From: Macrostomum lignano
Taxonomy: Eukaryota
Direction: 5' to 3'
Assembly (NCBI GenBank): GCA_002269645.1
Contig: NIVC01000712.1
Location: 124,001-188,000, forward strand
DNA: 64,000 bases
Shown: positions 12,541-26,189 of the stretch, piece by piece
How positions within the stretch are numbered: position 1 is the stretch's first letter
Layout of the letters: each line of letters starts with the position of its first letter
The notes under the pieces: generated by a model
Database searches by the model: none
The model's input: only the letters and a program-made list of their open reading frames with translations
What the model was told of the DNA's origin: nothing
Program-made: the position numbers and the translations under genes

Positions 12541-15500
12541 TCAGACCCGGTCCGCCTTATACTCGTAGCCGCACTCCTGGCCAGCATCGTTGTCAACAGT
12601 CAGCAGACTGGAACTATCAGGCGAGGCCAGCACCAGTAGGTGCGTTGTTGGCGACGGTGTTGATGAGCGAACCGACACGGATTCGAACTCTGGCTCCTCC
12701 CGCCCGCCGCCTAGCTTGTGAACGGGGGTTAATTTAACATTTGGCGACGCTTTCAACGGCTGATGACGACGGCCGCGCAGTGGTCTGTGCGGTGAACATT
12801 TAGCGACACTATTGCCGACATTGCTGTTCTCCTTGTCTTGGCCTCTCATACTAGGGATTATATTGGGGTTGGCGATGCTCTTCACTGCTGTCGCCGCCTC
12901 CGCTGCGGGCTTGTTCAACTTTGAATTCGTCTGCGCGCCAACCCGAAGGAAAGCCGGCAGCTCCAGATTGCGGGCGTCGATTTTGCCGCGCTGATCGTCC
13001 ATTCGGCTGCCCTGAACTCGGGCCAGCAGCTCCACTAGCGAGTCGTCTTTGACGCTGCCTGCGCCAGCAGCTGTATTTGCCGAGGCCGCCATTGGATTCT
13101 TCAATTTCGACAACGACGAGGGGGACGACAGAGTCGCCGATTGCCAGGGCACCGCCGAGGCCGGTCGACGTGGCGACGAAGTCACCGGAATATTCGTCAC
13201 AGACCCGACAGAGGCGGTGGCAGCGATGGGAGTTGAGGTTGGAGTCTGGATAGTTTTTTTGGAGGATAAGATGGTATCGGTGAGTTATGGCGCAGAAACT
13301 GAGGATCTGGGAGGCTGGCCCAGCAACTGAGGATCTGGGAGGCTGGCCCAGCAACTGAGGATCTGGGAGGCTGGCCCAGCAACTGAGGATCTGGGAGGCT
13401 GGCTCAGCAACTGACACTCTGGGAGGCTGGCCCAGCAACTGAGGATCTGAGAGGCTGGCCCAGCAACTGAGGATCTGAGAGGCTGGCCCAGCAACTGAGG
13501 ATCTGAGAGGCTGGCCCAGCAACTGAGGATCTGAGAGGCTGGCCCAACAACTGAGGATCTGGGAGGCTGGCCCAGCAACTGAGGATCTGAGAGGCTGGCC
13601 CAACAACTGAGGATCTGGGAGGCTGGCCCAGCAACTGAGGATCTGGGAGGCTGGCTCAGCAACTGACACTCTGGGAGGCTGGCCCAGCAACTGAGGATCT
13701 GAGAGGCTGGCCCAGCAACTGAGGATCTGAGAGGCTGGCCCAACAACTGAGGATCTGAGAGGCTGGCCCAGCAACTGAGGATCTGAGAGGCTGGCCCAAC
13801 AACTGAGGATCTGGGAGGCTGGCCCAGCAACTGAGGATCTGGGAGGCTGGCTCAGCAACTGACACTCTGGGAGGCTGGCCCAGCAACTGAGGATCTGAGA
13901 GGCTGGCCCAGCAACTGAGGATCTGGGAGACTGGCCCAGCAACTGAGGATCTGGGAGGCTGGCCCAGCAACTGAGGATCTGAGAGGCTGGCCCAACAACT
14001 GAGGATCTAGGAGAATCACTCGCAAAAGACTACAAGTGTTTAAAACTGGCCCGCCCACCAACCTGCAGCTCGCAGACGCCCCCAGAGTCGAAGCAAATCA
14101 GGCCGGAGTTGATGGCGCTCGCCATGCGATTCGCATTCCACTGGCAGTCTTGCAGCAGTCGAGACAGGCCGCTGTGTGAAGGATCTGGAAATTTTTTAAA
14201 TGGATTCTAATGTGTATTATTGCTTTAATTGAAGCCTAGATACTACTCTAAGTAGTGAACATAAATCGGTTCTTTCATAAAAAAAAGGCAAAACTGACAA
14301 TTGAAAATTGCACTCAAACAAATTAGAAGGGCGAATTTCATATTTCTTTCCCAGAATTCTAAGTTAACAGTCGGTATGGTTTTCACCGGCAGCACGGAAT
14401 TCATTAAAAGTACATTTTAAGGACAGAATAAACGGCCTTCAAAAATGATAAAAGCTCAATTTTTTTAAAATTATTTTCATCAACACACTTATAAACTTAC
14501 GACTCATCATTGCTCACGGAATAAAAATAAATAGTAAAGTACGTACGAACTACTCTACAGTAGTTTACTAGTACGCTAAAACACAAAGTCAAATGGGTCG
14601 AAATTGTTAAAATGCAAAAAAATCCGGAGCTGTCATCGCCTGAGCTTTGCGGGCAGGGAGACGAGGCTGGGCCTGCTCGGCCTTTGACGATTTTCGCCAA
14701 ATTTAATGCCATCACAATCTGCATGCACGAATCCATAGGGAAACGATAATTTACTTGGTGCGAGGATAAGATGATTGCAGACATCAGGTGTTAAGACGAG
14801 AAGGATAATTAGAACAATTAGCACAGTGGGAAATTAGTTAAACGCAACTTAGGGCCATCAGGGTGACCAGAAGTAAAGGTAATCCAATACAGGATATAGT
14901 TAATTGGGTCGGGGGGCACCAGGTGTGCGGGTAATTAAATGCGCAAGATAAGATAAATAAGATCACCAGATGTAAAGATAATCAAATACACCAGATAAAG
15001 ATAATTAGGGCTACCAGGTGTGAAGGCAATTAAATACGCCAAAGAAAGATTAGGGCCACCAGGTGTGAAGTTAATCAAAACACGCCAGATAAAGATAATT
15101 AGGGACAACAGGTGTAAATGCAAGTAAATACACCAGATAAAGATAATTCAGTTAGGAAGACCAGGTGTGAAGGTAATTAAACACGGTAGAAAAGATAATT
15201 AGGGACACCAGGTGTGAAGATAACGAGGGACACAGTATGAAGATAATAACAAATAAGTAAAATACGAGATGGATATTATACTCAGATACATCACTTGCAT
15301 ACTACGAGCGTAATAGTAATAAACAGAAACTCTACGATAATTCGAGTTCAACTCGGAAAGTGTGAGAACACTCACCAGTCAGCAGATCCTCAGCTGGCAA
15401 CAGTGCAAACTGGCGCCTATGATCCGCTCGGGTCAGCCGCCTGGCGTTCCAGGGTACAGCGGCGGCTGCGGCGGCGGCAACAGAGCCCGATGACTCAACA

Positions 15501-18500
15501 GGTGCAACAGCCATCAGCAGGCCGTCGCCGGCGGTTTCTAGGCCGTATTTTGAGCAGATTGGGCCCAGGGCGTCTCGAAATGACTGACCGGGCGAGGCGC
15601 GGACAGCCAGCCAAGCAGACGACGAAAGCCCGGCTGTTGAAGCGTTTGTGCCGCTGCGCTGTCGCTGCTGTTTCTGCTGCCGACGCGATTTGAATCCCAC
15701 TAGGAGGTCGACTTTGTTGCCAACGCCCGACTGATCGCCGCCTGCTGCTAGGACTTTTGAGTAGCGCTTGCTGGACCGGCCTGTGGGATATTTATCAGCA
15801 AAAGAGGAACCAGATGACTCCCCTAGTTGTAGGATATTTATCCTCAAAAGAGAAACTAGATGACTCCCCCTAACTGTGGGATATGCATCCTCAAAAGAGA
15901 AACTAGATGACTCCCCCTAACTGTGGGATATGCATCCCCAAAAGAGGAACTAGATGACCCACTAACTATGGGATATGCATCCCCAAAAGAGGAACTAGAT
16001 GACCCACTAACTATGGGATATGCATCCCCAAAAGAGGAACTAGATGACCCACTAACTATGGGATATGCATCCCCAAAAGAGGAACTAGATGACCCACTAA
16101 TTATGGGATATGCATCCCCAAAAGAGGAACTAGATGACCCACTAATTATGGGATATGTAACTCCAAAAGAGGAACTAGATGACACACTAATTATGGGATA
16201 TGTAACTCCAAAAGAGGAACTAGATGACCCACTAATTATGGGATATGTAACTCCAAAAGAGGAACTAGATGACCCACTAACTATGGGATATGCATCCCCA
16301 AAAGAGGAACTAGATGACCCACTAACTATGGGATATGCATCCCCAAAAGAGGAACTAGATGACCCACTAACTATGGGATATGCATCCCCAAAAGAGGAAC
16401 TAGATGACCCACTAACTATGGGATATGCATCTCCAAAAGAGGAACTAGATGACCCACTAACTATGGGATATGCATCCCCAAAAGAGGAACTAGATGACCA
16501 ACTAACTATGGGATATGCATCCCCAAAAGAGGAACTAGATGACCCACTAACTATGGGATATGCATCCCCAAAAGAGGAACTAGATGACCCACTAACTATG
16601 GGATAGTTATCCCCAAGAGGGATATGGGATATGGGATATTTATCCCCACTAGATGACCCACTAACTATGGGACATTTATCCTCACAACGAGAACAAGATG
16701 ACCCCCTAACTATGGGATATTTATCCCCACAGGACTCACCCCGCATCAGCGAGGCTAGAAAGCCCCGGCCGCTGCGCTGCTGCTGCTTGTCCCGACTTCG
16801 ATCTCGATCGGGATTGCTCAGCAGTCCAACGCTTCGAGTAGACGCCATGTTTGACTGCTTATTCTGCTGCTTATTCTGCTGCTTATTCTGCTGCTCCTGC
16901 TTCTGTTGCTGACTAGCATTGGGCAAGGGCCGCGACTGCAGCTCGCACAGCAGGCAGTCTTTGTACAGCTGAGATTTCAGAAACCTGGCATAGCTGTCCA
17001 TGCGCATCAGGTTGAAGATGTGCTGCTGGGCGGGGTCAAATAAGGTCAGGGGAGGCGGCTGCGACCCCTGCTGCGCAAGACAGGCCTGGATGGCATCGAC
17101 CGTACAGCTGTCGATGTTGACGCTTGAAGGGGCGCTGGGGCCAACGAAGGTTGATGCGATTTGATTGGCCGCGGAACGAATCTGGAAGAATCAAAGATTT
17201 GAAATATACCGCAATTATAAAAATCGATTATCCCATGTTTTCAGGTTGTCAAAATCATTTTCCCTAATGAAGCTAAACTATAAAAATCGAGGTAAAATCA
17301 TCCTCAAATTGAGATGGACGCCAAATCCTATTAAAATTATTCCCAAACCCGAAAGCAACATTAGAATCCGATTAAAATTATCCCCAAACCTGAAAGCGAC
17401 ACCAGAATCCCCTTAAAATTATCCCCAAACCCGAAAGCGACACCCAGAATCCCATTAAAATTATCCCCAAACCCGAAAGCGACACCCAGAATCCCATTAA
17501 AATTATCCCCAAACCCGAAAGCGACACCCAGAATCCCATTAAAATTATATCTCAAACCTGAAAGCGACACCCAGAATCCCATTAAAATTATCCCCAAACC
17601 CGAAAGCGACACCCAGAATCCCATTAAAATTATATCTCAAACCTGAAAGCGACACCCAGAATCCCATTAAAATTATCCCCAAACCCGAAAGCGACACCCA
17701 GAATCCCATTAAAATTATATCTCAAACCTGAAAGCGACACCCAGAATCCCATTAAAATGATCCCCAAACCTAGAAGCGACACCAAAACCTAGAAGGACAA
17801 TTAATATCCCACTCGCACCTGGTCAGCGTTGGCCAACAGCCGATAGTCTTCAACAGCCAGCCAGAAGGCGATGTTCTCTTCGCTGAACTCCAACCGCAAG
17901 AAGTCGGTGAACACGCCGACACCGACAGGATCGGCTAGCAGATGCGGCAAACCCGTGGCCCACTTGGCAACGCTGCTGGCGGACTCGGGCTCGGGTTCGA
18001 CACCCATCGAGCTGAGATTTCGTTCGCTAGAAGCCAGAGACGAGTTGAGCAGGTGCGGATGCCTGCCGGATGTGTTTTGCTGGTCGGTGGGGTCCGGGAT
18101 CGAGGCCGGGTCGGCGGCAGCCGCTGAAGTGGCGGGGTCGGCGTCGAGCTCGGATGCGCTGCTGGTCAGACTCTGCAGCGATCGGCCGGTTGGAAAATGA
18201 AATTACATTTTCAATTAATTGGTGCTAATAGTGTCTTTATGTCTTGGTGTCTTGATGTCCTAGGGTCTTTATGTCTTGGTGTCCTGATATCCTAGGGTCT
18301 TTATGTCTTGATGTGCTGATATCCAGGGTTTTAATGTCTTGGTGTCCTGATATCCTAGTGTTTTAATGTCTTGGTGTCCTGATATCCTAGTGTTTTAATG
18401 TCTTGGTGTCCTGATATCCTAGTGTTTTGATGTCTTGGTGTCCTGATATCCTAGTGTTTTAATGTCTTGGTGTCCTGATATCCTAGTGTTTTAATGTCTT

Positions 18501-21217
18501 GGTGTCCTGATATCCTAGTGTTTTAATGGCTTGGTGTCCTGATGTCCTAGGGTTTTAATGTCTTGGTGTCCTGATATCCTAGTGTTTTAATGTCTTGGTG
18601 TCCTGATGTCCTAGGGTTTTAATGTTTTGATGTCCTAGGGTTTTAATGTTTTGATGTCCTAGGGTTTCAATGTCTTGGTGTCCTGATATCCTAGTGTTTT
18701 AATGTCTTGGTGTCCTGATATCCTAGTGTTTTAATGTCTTGGTGTCCTGATATCCTAGTGTTTTAATGTCTTGGTGTCCTGATGTCCTAGGGTTTTAATG
18801 TTTTGATGTCCTAGGGTTTTAATGTTTTGATGTCCTAGGGTTTCAATGTCTTGGTGTCCTGATATCCTAGTGTTTTAATGTCTTGGTGTCCTGATATCCT
18901 AGTGTTTTAATGTCTTGGTGTCCTGATATCCTAGTGTTTTAATGTCTTGGTGTCCTGATATCCTAGTGTTTTAATGTCTTGGTGTCCTGATATCCTAGTG
19001 TTTTAATGTCTTGGTGTCCTGATATCCTAGTGTTTTAATGTCTTGGTGTCCTGATATCCTAGTGTTTTAATGTCTTGGTGTCCTGATATCCTAGTGTTTT
19101 AATGTCTTGGTGTCCTGATATCCTAGTGTTTTAATGTCTTGGTGTCCTGATATCCTAGTGTTTTAATGTCTTGGTGTCCTGATATCCTAGTGTTTTAATG
19201 TCTTGGTGTCCTGATGTTCTAGGGTTTTAATGTTTTGATGTCCTAGGGTTTTAACGTTTTGATGTCCTAGGGTTTCAATGTCTTGGTGTCCTGATACCCT
19301 GTAGTAACCCATATTTCATAATTTAAATTTACTGGTTAATCTGTGCTGCGAGATAGATTAACTTGAATGTCTGATGTCTGAATATCTTAACAATGATAAT
19401 TTTCGAGAGGGATCTTGACTGATGTAAGAGTATTGCTTTGAATAAAATCCTTGTGTGTCCTGAGATTACTACTAATAGTCGTATGCATGCAGATGTTATC
19501 CGGTCTGCACCAACTGAAGATCAAGTTTTCAATATTCAGAGTCGAACCTCGGTCGACATCGCCGTTGAGCGTCGGCGAAGTTTTCGAAACGAGCCAGAAG
19601 CGCCGCGAGCAAACCGGCGAAGAAACGAGGGCGACTGAGACGGCACCATCGGCTGTTGCGGTGGTGGCGGCATCGGCACCTTGAAAGTCGCAGTGGAAGA
19701 TGCCGTACTACTCGTTGCTGTCGTCGCAATGGACGACGAAGACATAACTGTTGCCGACTGCCGACGACTTGAGCCGACGGAACGCCAGGCGCACAGCGAC
19801 CGCAGCGCCGTCAGAACAGCACCGGCGTCTGGCGGGAACGATCGACAACCATAGCCTGTTATAGTCGACGATGTCGATAAACCGACGGCGGAACAGACGA
19901 TGCCGAACGCGGCTGCCCACTGGGCGTGAGCGGCATGGCTGGCGGCCAGGTGCGGGTTGGCATAGAAGCCGTGCACAGTCAGGGCGCTGCCGCCGCTAGA
20001 GCAGCCGGTCAGCAAGCCGAAATAGGCGGCGTCCTGACTGTGCCGGCCCGCCAGGAGAAGCTGCTGCTGCTGACTGTCGGTGGCAGACAGGCGGAACAGA
20101 CAGCGACCGGTGCAGCTGGTCAGAGAGATGCTCACTAAGCAGTTCTCATTATCATCATCGTCATCACAATCTTCATTCTTAATAATGGCACAGCTCTCAG
20201 CATCCAGCGCCAGTTCTTCATCAATATCTAGGGTGGCTAGAGTGACAGCTCTGGCTTCAGACTTCAGTCGGGCAACAGCCGAGGCGACGGTTCTGGTAGC
20301 CGAGGCCTGACAGCTGACTGGCGGGATGCTGAGCGAGCCGATGTAGCTGAGCACGAATTTGTGCCGGCAGACCACCCGCCTGCGGTGCTTGGAGCGTCTG
20401 TGCCTCAGCTGGTGCTGCGTCTGCTGCTGCTTCTGGTGCCGATGCCTGGGGACCTGCTCGTAGCGAACCTCCGGCCCGATGATGCGCGGATCCGAGGTGG
20501 CCATTCGCGGTGGAGGCGGCGGCGGTGGAGGCGGCGGCGGAGGCGACGGTTGAGGCGTTTGATTCGCCTGCAGTGCATAGAGTGATAATATGGCTCTAAA
20601 TGCCCACCATCAGCTCTCAAATCTGCCCCAAACATCAGCCCTCAAATCCGCCCCCACCATCAGCTATCAAATCCGCCCCCATCATCAGCCCTCAAATCCG
20701 CCCCACCATCAGCCCTCAAATCCGCCCCAAACAACAGCCCTCAAATCCGCCCCAAACATCAGCCCTCAAATCCGCCCCAAACATCAGCCCTCAAATCCGC
20801 CCCAAACAACAGCCCTCAAATCCGCCCCCAATATCAGCCCTCAAATCCGCCCCCACCATCAGCTCTCAAATCCGCCCCAGCCCTCACCGGTGCCACCATC
20901 AGCGTGAGCAGGCCGCCACACCTGGCGATGGCAGCGGCCACGTCGTCGTGAGCCAGGCCGCGCACGGAGACGCCGTTGACGCCGAGCAGAGCGTCGCCAG
21001 GCCTCAGAGCGGCCAGATCAGCCGGACTGCCCGGCACGATGCAGCTGAGCATGCAGGGAGACTGGCCGTTGATTGTGAAACCAAATCCGATTCGAGACCG
21101 GCTGAGCTGAACTGTGCGAATTCTCTGATTGACACCGTGCTGATGCTGCTGATGATGAATGGGATGCTGGGCGGCTAACGGGGCAGCTGTAGCCAATGCT
21201 GCTGCTCCTGCATCCAT
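12541..21217 (-). CDS. RGS12: RGS12/RGS14/loco-like regulator of G-protein signalling (PDZ, PTB, RGS, Ras-binding and GoLoco domains), 7 exons, ~1125 aa
   Basis: Exons 21217-20888 (PDZ: IGFGFTINGQSPCMLSCIVPGSPAD), 20567-19548 (PTB-like: FVLSYIGSL), 18172-17819 and 17181-16740 (RGS: KWATG..LLADPVG..FTDFL..EFSEENIAFW; LMRMDSYARFLKS), 15780-15376 (RBD-like: VRASPGQSFRDALGPIC), 14184-14063 and 13245-12541 (GoLoco: LVELLARVQGSRMDDQRG, TGA). Phases are consistent. The donor at 19547 (GAG|GTTCGA) is weak, so that junction is the least certain. Confidence 0.9.
13297..14007. repeat. 28-bp minisatellite (AACTGAGGATCTGGGAGGCTGGCCCAGC)n in RGS intron 6
   Basis: About 25 tandem units visible; 28-aa periodicity in the overlapping ORFs. 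Confidence 0.95.
14880..15235. repeat. Degenerate tandem repeat (CACCAGGTGTGAAG / CACCAGATAAAGATAATT motifs) in RGS intron 5
   Basis: Alternating motifs recur about every 57 bp with divergence. Confidence 0.7.
15790..16730. repeat. 45-bp minisatellite (GGGATATGCATCCCCAAAAGAGGAACTAGATGACCCACTAACTAT)n in RGS intron 4
   Basis: About 20 units; 15-aa period MGYASPKEELDDPLT on the + strand. Confidence 0.95.
17320..17790. repeat. 42-bp minisatellite (CCCATTAAAATTATCCCCAAACCCGAAAGCGACACCCAGAAT)n in RGS intron 3
   Basis: About 10 units visible. Confidence 0.92.
18235..19300. repeat. 32-bp minisatellite (GTCTTGGTGTCCTGATATCCTAGTGTTTTAAT)n in RGS intron 2
   Basis: About 33 units, including shorter variants. 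Confidence 0.95.
20600..20885. repeat. ~25-bp minisatellite (CCCTCAAATCCGCCCCAAACATCAG)n in RGS intron 1
   Basis: About 11 units filling most of the 320-bp intron. Confidence 0.9.
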
Positions 21218-21289
21218 GAAGCGGGGGCTGCTGCAATTGGATGATTTTAGTACTGATAGAGGGCATTACAGCTTAATACAAATCCAAAC

Positions 21290-22270
21290 AGACAGACAGA
21301 TAGAGGATAGACACACAGACAGACAGACAGTGGACAGACACTCACAGACGAAAAACAACATGCAGACAGACATGCAAATAAGGAACACGCACTCACAGAC
21401 ACGTAGATACAGGACAGGCACTCAGACACGCAGACATAGGACAGGCACTCACAGACATGCAGATAGGGGACAGGCACACAGACAGACATGCAGATAGGAC
21501 AGGCACACAGACATGCAGATAGAGGACAGGCACACAGACAGACATGCAGATAGAGGACAGGCACACAGACATGCAGATAGAGGACAGGCACACAGACAGA
21601 CATGCAGATAGAGGACAGGCACACAGACATGCAGATAGAGGACAGGCACACAGACAGACATGCAGATAGAGGACAGGCACACAGACATACAGATAGAGGA
21701 CAGGCACACAGACATGCAGATAGAGGACAGGCACACAGACAGACATGCAGATAGGACAGGCACACAGACAGACATGCAGATAGAGGACAGGCACACAGAC
21801 ATGCAGATAGAGAGGACAGGCACACAGACATGCAGATAGAGGACAGGCATACAGACAGACATGCAGATAGAGGACAGGCACACAGACATGCAGATAGAGG
21901 ACAGGCACACAGACATGCAGATAGAGGACAGGCACACAGACAGACATGCAGATAGAGGACAGGCACACAGACATGCAGATAGAGGACAGGCACACAGACA
22001 GACATGCAGATAGAGGACAGGCACACAGACATGCAGATAGAGGACAGGCACACAGACAGACATGCAGATAGGACAGGCACACAGACAGACATGCAGATAG
22101 AGGACAGGCACACAGACATGCAGATAGAGGACAGGCACACAGACATGCAGATAGAGGACAGGCACACAGACATGAAGATAGAGGATAGAAACACACACAG
22201 ACACCAGACACAACAAAGGCAAACAGACACCCAGACACAGACACGCAGACACAGGACAGGCACACAGACA
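21290..22270. repeat. 27/31-bp minisatellite (GACAGGCACACAGACATGCAGATAGAG)n upstream of RGS
   Basis: Tandem units; 9-aa period MQIEDRHTD. Confidence 0.93.
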
Positions 22271-22794
22271 CCCACACAAAAGTCAGTCGAAGAGCGAAGA
22301 GATGTAGAAACAAATAAGAAGTACATGTTTCAGAGTGACCAAGCGAAATTATCGTTAAAAATGTTTATTTCAGTAAACGTCGTTCGTTTATGAATGGTTA
22401 AATTGCACTTTGTTAAATCAATCATTAAACATAAATAATTAAACAAAGGTCAATGTTATTATAAGTATTACTAAAGCACGGAGCAGTGAACTATAGAGAG
22501 CCAATACAGTGCAAAACACGCTGGTTGAATCGATTGAATAGTCAGAAAAGAAAACTAGCAGAAAGATGTCAAAGACTTGTACAGATTGACTTATTAAAAA
22601 AATTAAAATAGAAAAGCTTCAGAAAATTAGTAAAACTGTCGTTTGAAAACAAATTATTGATTTATAATTTCTTAATTGCTATTTTCTTTTCAATTATTAC
22701 ACAGAATTATTATATGAGAGCAAACAAAATATGGACTATGTTAAAACTGCTCACTAATTTAATAAGTGCAAAACTTCTGGTAATATGATCTTAA

Positions 22795-23635
22795 GCTGGG
22801 GGTAGCGGAGAGAGGGTAATGAAGAGGGTAGCGCGAAGAGGCTAGTGAAGAAAGGGTACAAAGAAAGGGTAGCGGAGAGGGTAGCAAAGAGAGAGTAGCA
22901 AAGAGGGTAGTGAAGAGATGGTAGTGGAGAGAGGGTAGTGGAGAGAGGGTAGTGGAGAGAGGGTAAAAAAGAAAGGGTAGCAAAGAGGGTAGCGGGAGAG
23001 GGTAGCGAAGAAAGGGTAGCGAAGACAGGCTAGCGAAGAGAGGGTAGCGCGGTAGCGGATAGAGGGTAGTGAAGAGAGGGTAGTAAACAAAGGGTAGCAA
23101 AGAGGGTAGCGGGAGAGGGTAGCGAAGAAAGGGTAGCGAAGACAGGCTAGCGAAGAGAGGGTAGCGCGGTAGCGGATAGAGGGTAGTGAAGAGAGGGTAG
23201 TAAACAAAGGGTAGCAAAGAGGGTAGCGGAGAGGGTAGCGAAGAAAGGGTAGCGAAGACAGGCTAGCGAAGAGAGGGTAGCGCGGTAGCGGATAGAGGGT
23301 AGTGAAGAGAGGGTAGTAAACAAAGGGTAGCAAAGAGGGTAGCGGGAGAGGGTAGCGAAGAAAGGGTAGCGAAGAAAGGGTAGCGAAGAAAGGGTAGCGA
23401 AGAAAGGGTAGCGAAGAGAGGGTAGTGAAGAGAGGGTGGTGAAGAGAGGGTAGCGGAGAGAGGGTAGTGAAGAGTGGGTAGTGAAAAGAGAGTGGTGAAG
23501 AGAGGGTAGCGGAGAGAGGGTAGTGAAGAGAGGGTAGTGAAAAGAGAGTGGTGAAGAGAGGGTAGCGGAGAGAGGGTAGTGGAGTCGTGGACTTGAATAG
23601 AGGGTAGCGGAGAGGGTATCGAGAGGGGTAGGAGA
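22795..23635. repeat. Purine-rich minisatellite built on GAGGGTAGCG/GAGGGTAGTG cores
   Basis: Visible recurrence, including ~120-bp higher-order blocks. Confidence 0.88.
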
Positions 23636-24109
23636 AGCAATGCATACATACGTACTGCAAACAATTTAAAAGTGCGTATATTCAATGTTAGAAGCAAATC
23701 GATATTTGCCTGATTCCAATGGCAACAAGCAAAAAAATGATAGGAAAAAACTTCGAAAAACTGTTTCAGACAAACGGAACACAAGCTAGATTACTATTAG
23801 CGAACTAAAGCTGTAACAAATTGTTTAAAAACAAGGAGAGACGAAACGCTATTAAAAGGCAGTTTGGGGTGGCAACTAAGACAAAGACACATACAAAGAT
23901 TAAATGAAACTTCACTCTGGAATGGATATGTGCAGGAGTTTTCGAAGAAACAATTAAAAGAAAGTGACAGCAGTTAAAAGAGAAATGCTACTGTAGTTAA
24001 CGGTGAATTTTATTTAGAATAAAAATGTATTGAGACTTCTTAGCATGTGCTACTACATCCCAACATGTTTACACGATACCAAAAGATACACAATATACAG
24101 ATGTGTACA

Positions 24110-24445
24110 CTATCCTAACAGGGGTACACCATCCTAACAGGTGTGCACCAACATAACAGGTGTGCATACTATCTCAACAGGTGTACACACATCTCAACAG
24201 GTGTACATACTATCTCAACAGGTGCACATACTATCTCAACAGGTGCACATACTATCTCAACAGGTGCACATACTATCTCAACAGGTGTACACACTATCTC
24301 AACAGGTGTACACACTATCTCAACAGGTGTACACACTATCTCAACAGGTGTGTACACTATCTCAACAGGTGTGTACACTATCTCAACAGGTGCACACACT
24401 ATCTCAACAGGTGTGCACACTATCAACAGGTGTACACAACAGGTG
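24110..24445. repeat. 21-bp minisatellite (ACAGGTGTACACACTATCTCA)n downstream of PASK
   Basis: About 15 units; 7-aa period ISTGVHT. Confidence 0.92.
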
Positions 24446-24737
24446 TTCGTCATCCTAAAAGGAGTGTACACGTACATTATCAGCCCATTTCAATGCAACT
24501 TCATGTAACAAAAAATAGAATGTCGGAAACTCCCGATATGTATAGAAAACATCAGTTTGTAAAGGCATATGGTGAGAAGGAAAAACAGCGGGACGGAAAC
24601 CGTATAAAAAATTGCACACGTGTTTAATAAAAGCATTAATAAGATACAGAAGGCTACACAAGTGAGATTATTAAACAGTATTGATTAAATATAAAACTGT
24701 AGGCAAATTGCAGAACAATAAGCCATATACTCCCACA

Positions 24738-26029
24738 CTAAGCGGCTTCATCGCTATTCTGCCGATAATCGGAGCCAACATTGCCAGTGAACTGGCAGTT
24801 TGGGAGCACGTCTTCGAAATTGTAACAGTCGATATTGACCGGCTGGCTGGTCCACGGGTGTCGCTCGACCTCGCAGATGCCAGCGCGAAGCTTCGGATCT
24901 ACCTGGAGCATCACGCGGAGCAGGCGGCCTGAATAGAGGGGAATAAAAATAGATTATAGTGATCCCAATTGAAGTCTGATGATCCCAATTAAAGTCTGGT
25001 GATCCCAATTGGAGTCTGGTGATCCCAATTGGAGTCTGGTGATCCCAATTAGAGTCTGTGATCCCAACCGAAGTCTGGTGATCCCAATTAGAGTCTGGTG
25101 ATCCCAATTACAGTCTGGCGATCCCAATTGAAGACTGGTGATCACGATTAAACAATGTGATCCCGATTGAAGTGTGAATGTGATGATCTCAATTAAAATT
25201 CGATTTACCCAACGGTAAGTGATCCCAATCGAATCAGTGATCCCAATCGAACCCGTGATCCCAATCGAACCCCAGTGGTCAAGTGATCCCAATCGAACTC
25301 TGTGGATCCCCAAATGGCAAGAAGTGCTGCACACGCACTAAGCTGAGGAGACGGTTTCCACTGCGGTTTAAGCACGCCAGCAAGAGTCTCGTCCACGTCA
25401 AAGAATGGATTTTCTCCAAACACCAGAGTGTACAGAGTAACGCCCAGACTCCAAACGTCCGCCTCAGGCCCAAAATAGGGATGCCCCTGCAGAATCTCCG
25501 GGGCGCAGTATTCCATAGTGCCGCAGAACACCGAGAACGGTCTGTCTGGCGATACAAAAGCCGCGGCGCCGAAATCGATCAGCATCAGGCAGAATCGCTC
25601 GTCTAAGATGACGTTCTCGTCTTTCAGATCGCGATGAGCGATGCCGCGAGAGTGCAGATAGGCTACGGCCGAGGCCATCTGTCTGAACATGTAGCTGGCT
25701 AGGGGCTCGTCTAAGCTGGGATTGCGATCGATGAACTCGAATAGGTCCATGCCGAGGCCGTGCCGGGGCATCACCAGCTCGTAGTAGCGACGGCTTTCGA
25801 GTGCGTCTAGTAGGGGCACGATGTTGGGGTGGCTGACCGACTGCAGGATGGCCGCCTCCCTGTTACAGCGGCGGATTGATCAAGTAGCAGGCTTATTATA
25901 GGGGCTGACCTGTGGCCTAGATACATAGATAGATAGGTAGATAGATGGGTAGATAGGTAGATCGATAGATAATTAGGTAGATAGATAGATAATTTGGTGG
26001 ATAGATAGATAGATAGATGGATAATTAGG

Positions 26030-26069
<40 letters not shown>

Positions 26070-26121
26070 TAGGTAGATGGATAGATAATTTGGTGGATAG
26101 ATAGATAGATGGATAATTAGG

Positions 26122-26189
<68 letters not shown>

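Noticed and set aside
21247-24627. Cys/Leu-rich and Pro/Leu-rich ORFs of 100-360 aa
   Set aside because: They derive entirely from 27-bp, purine-rich and 21-bp minisatellites.
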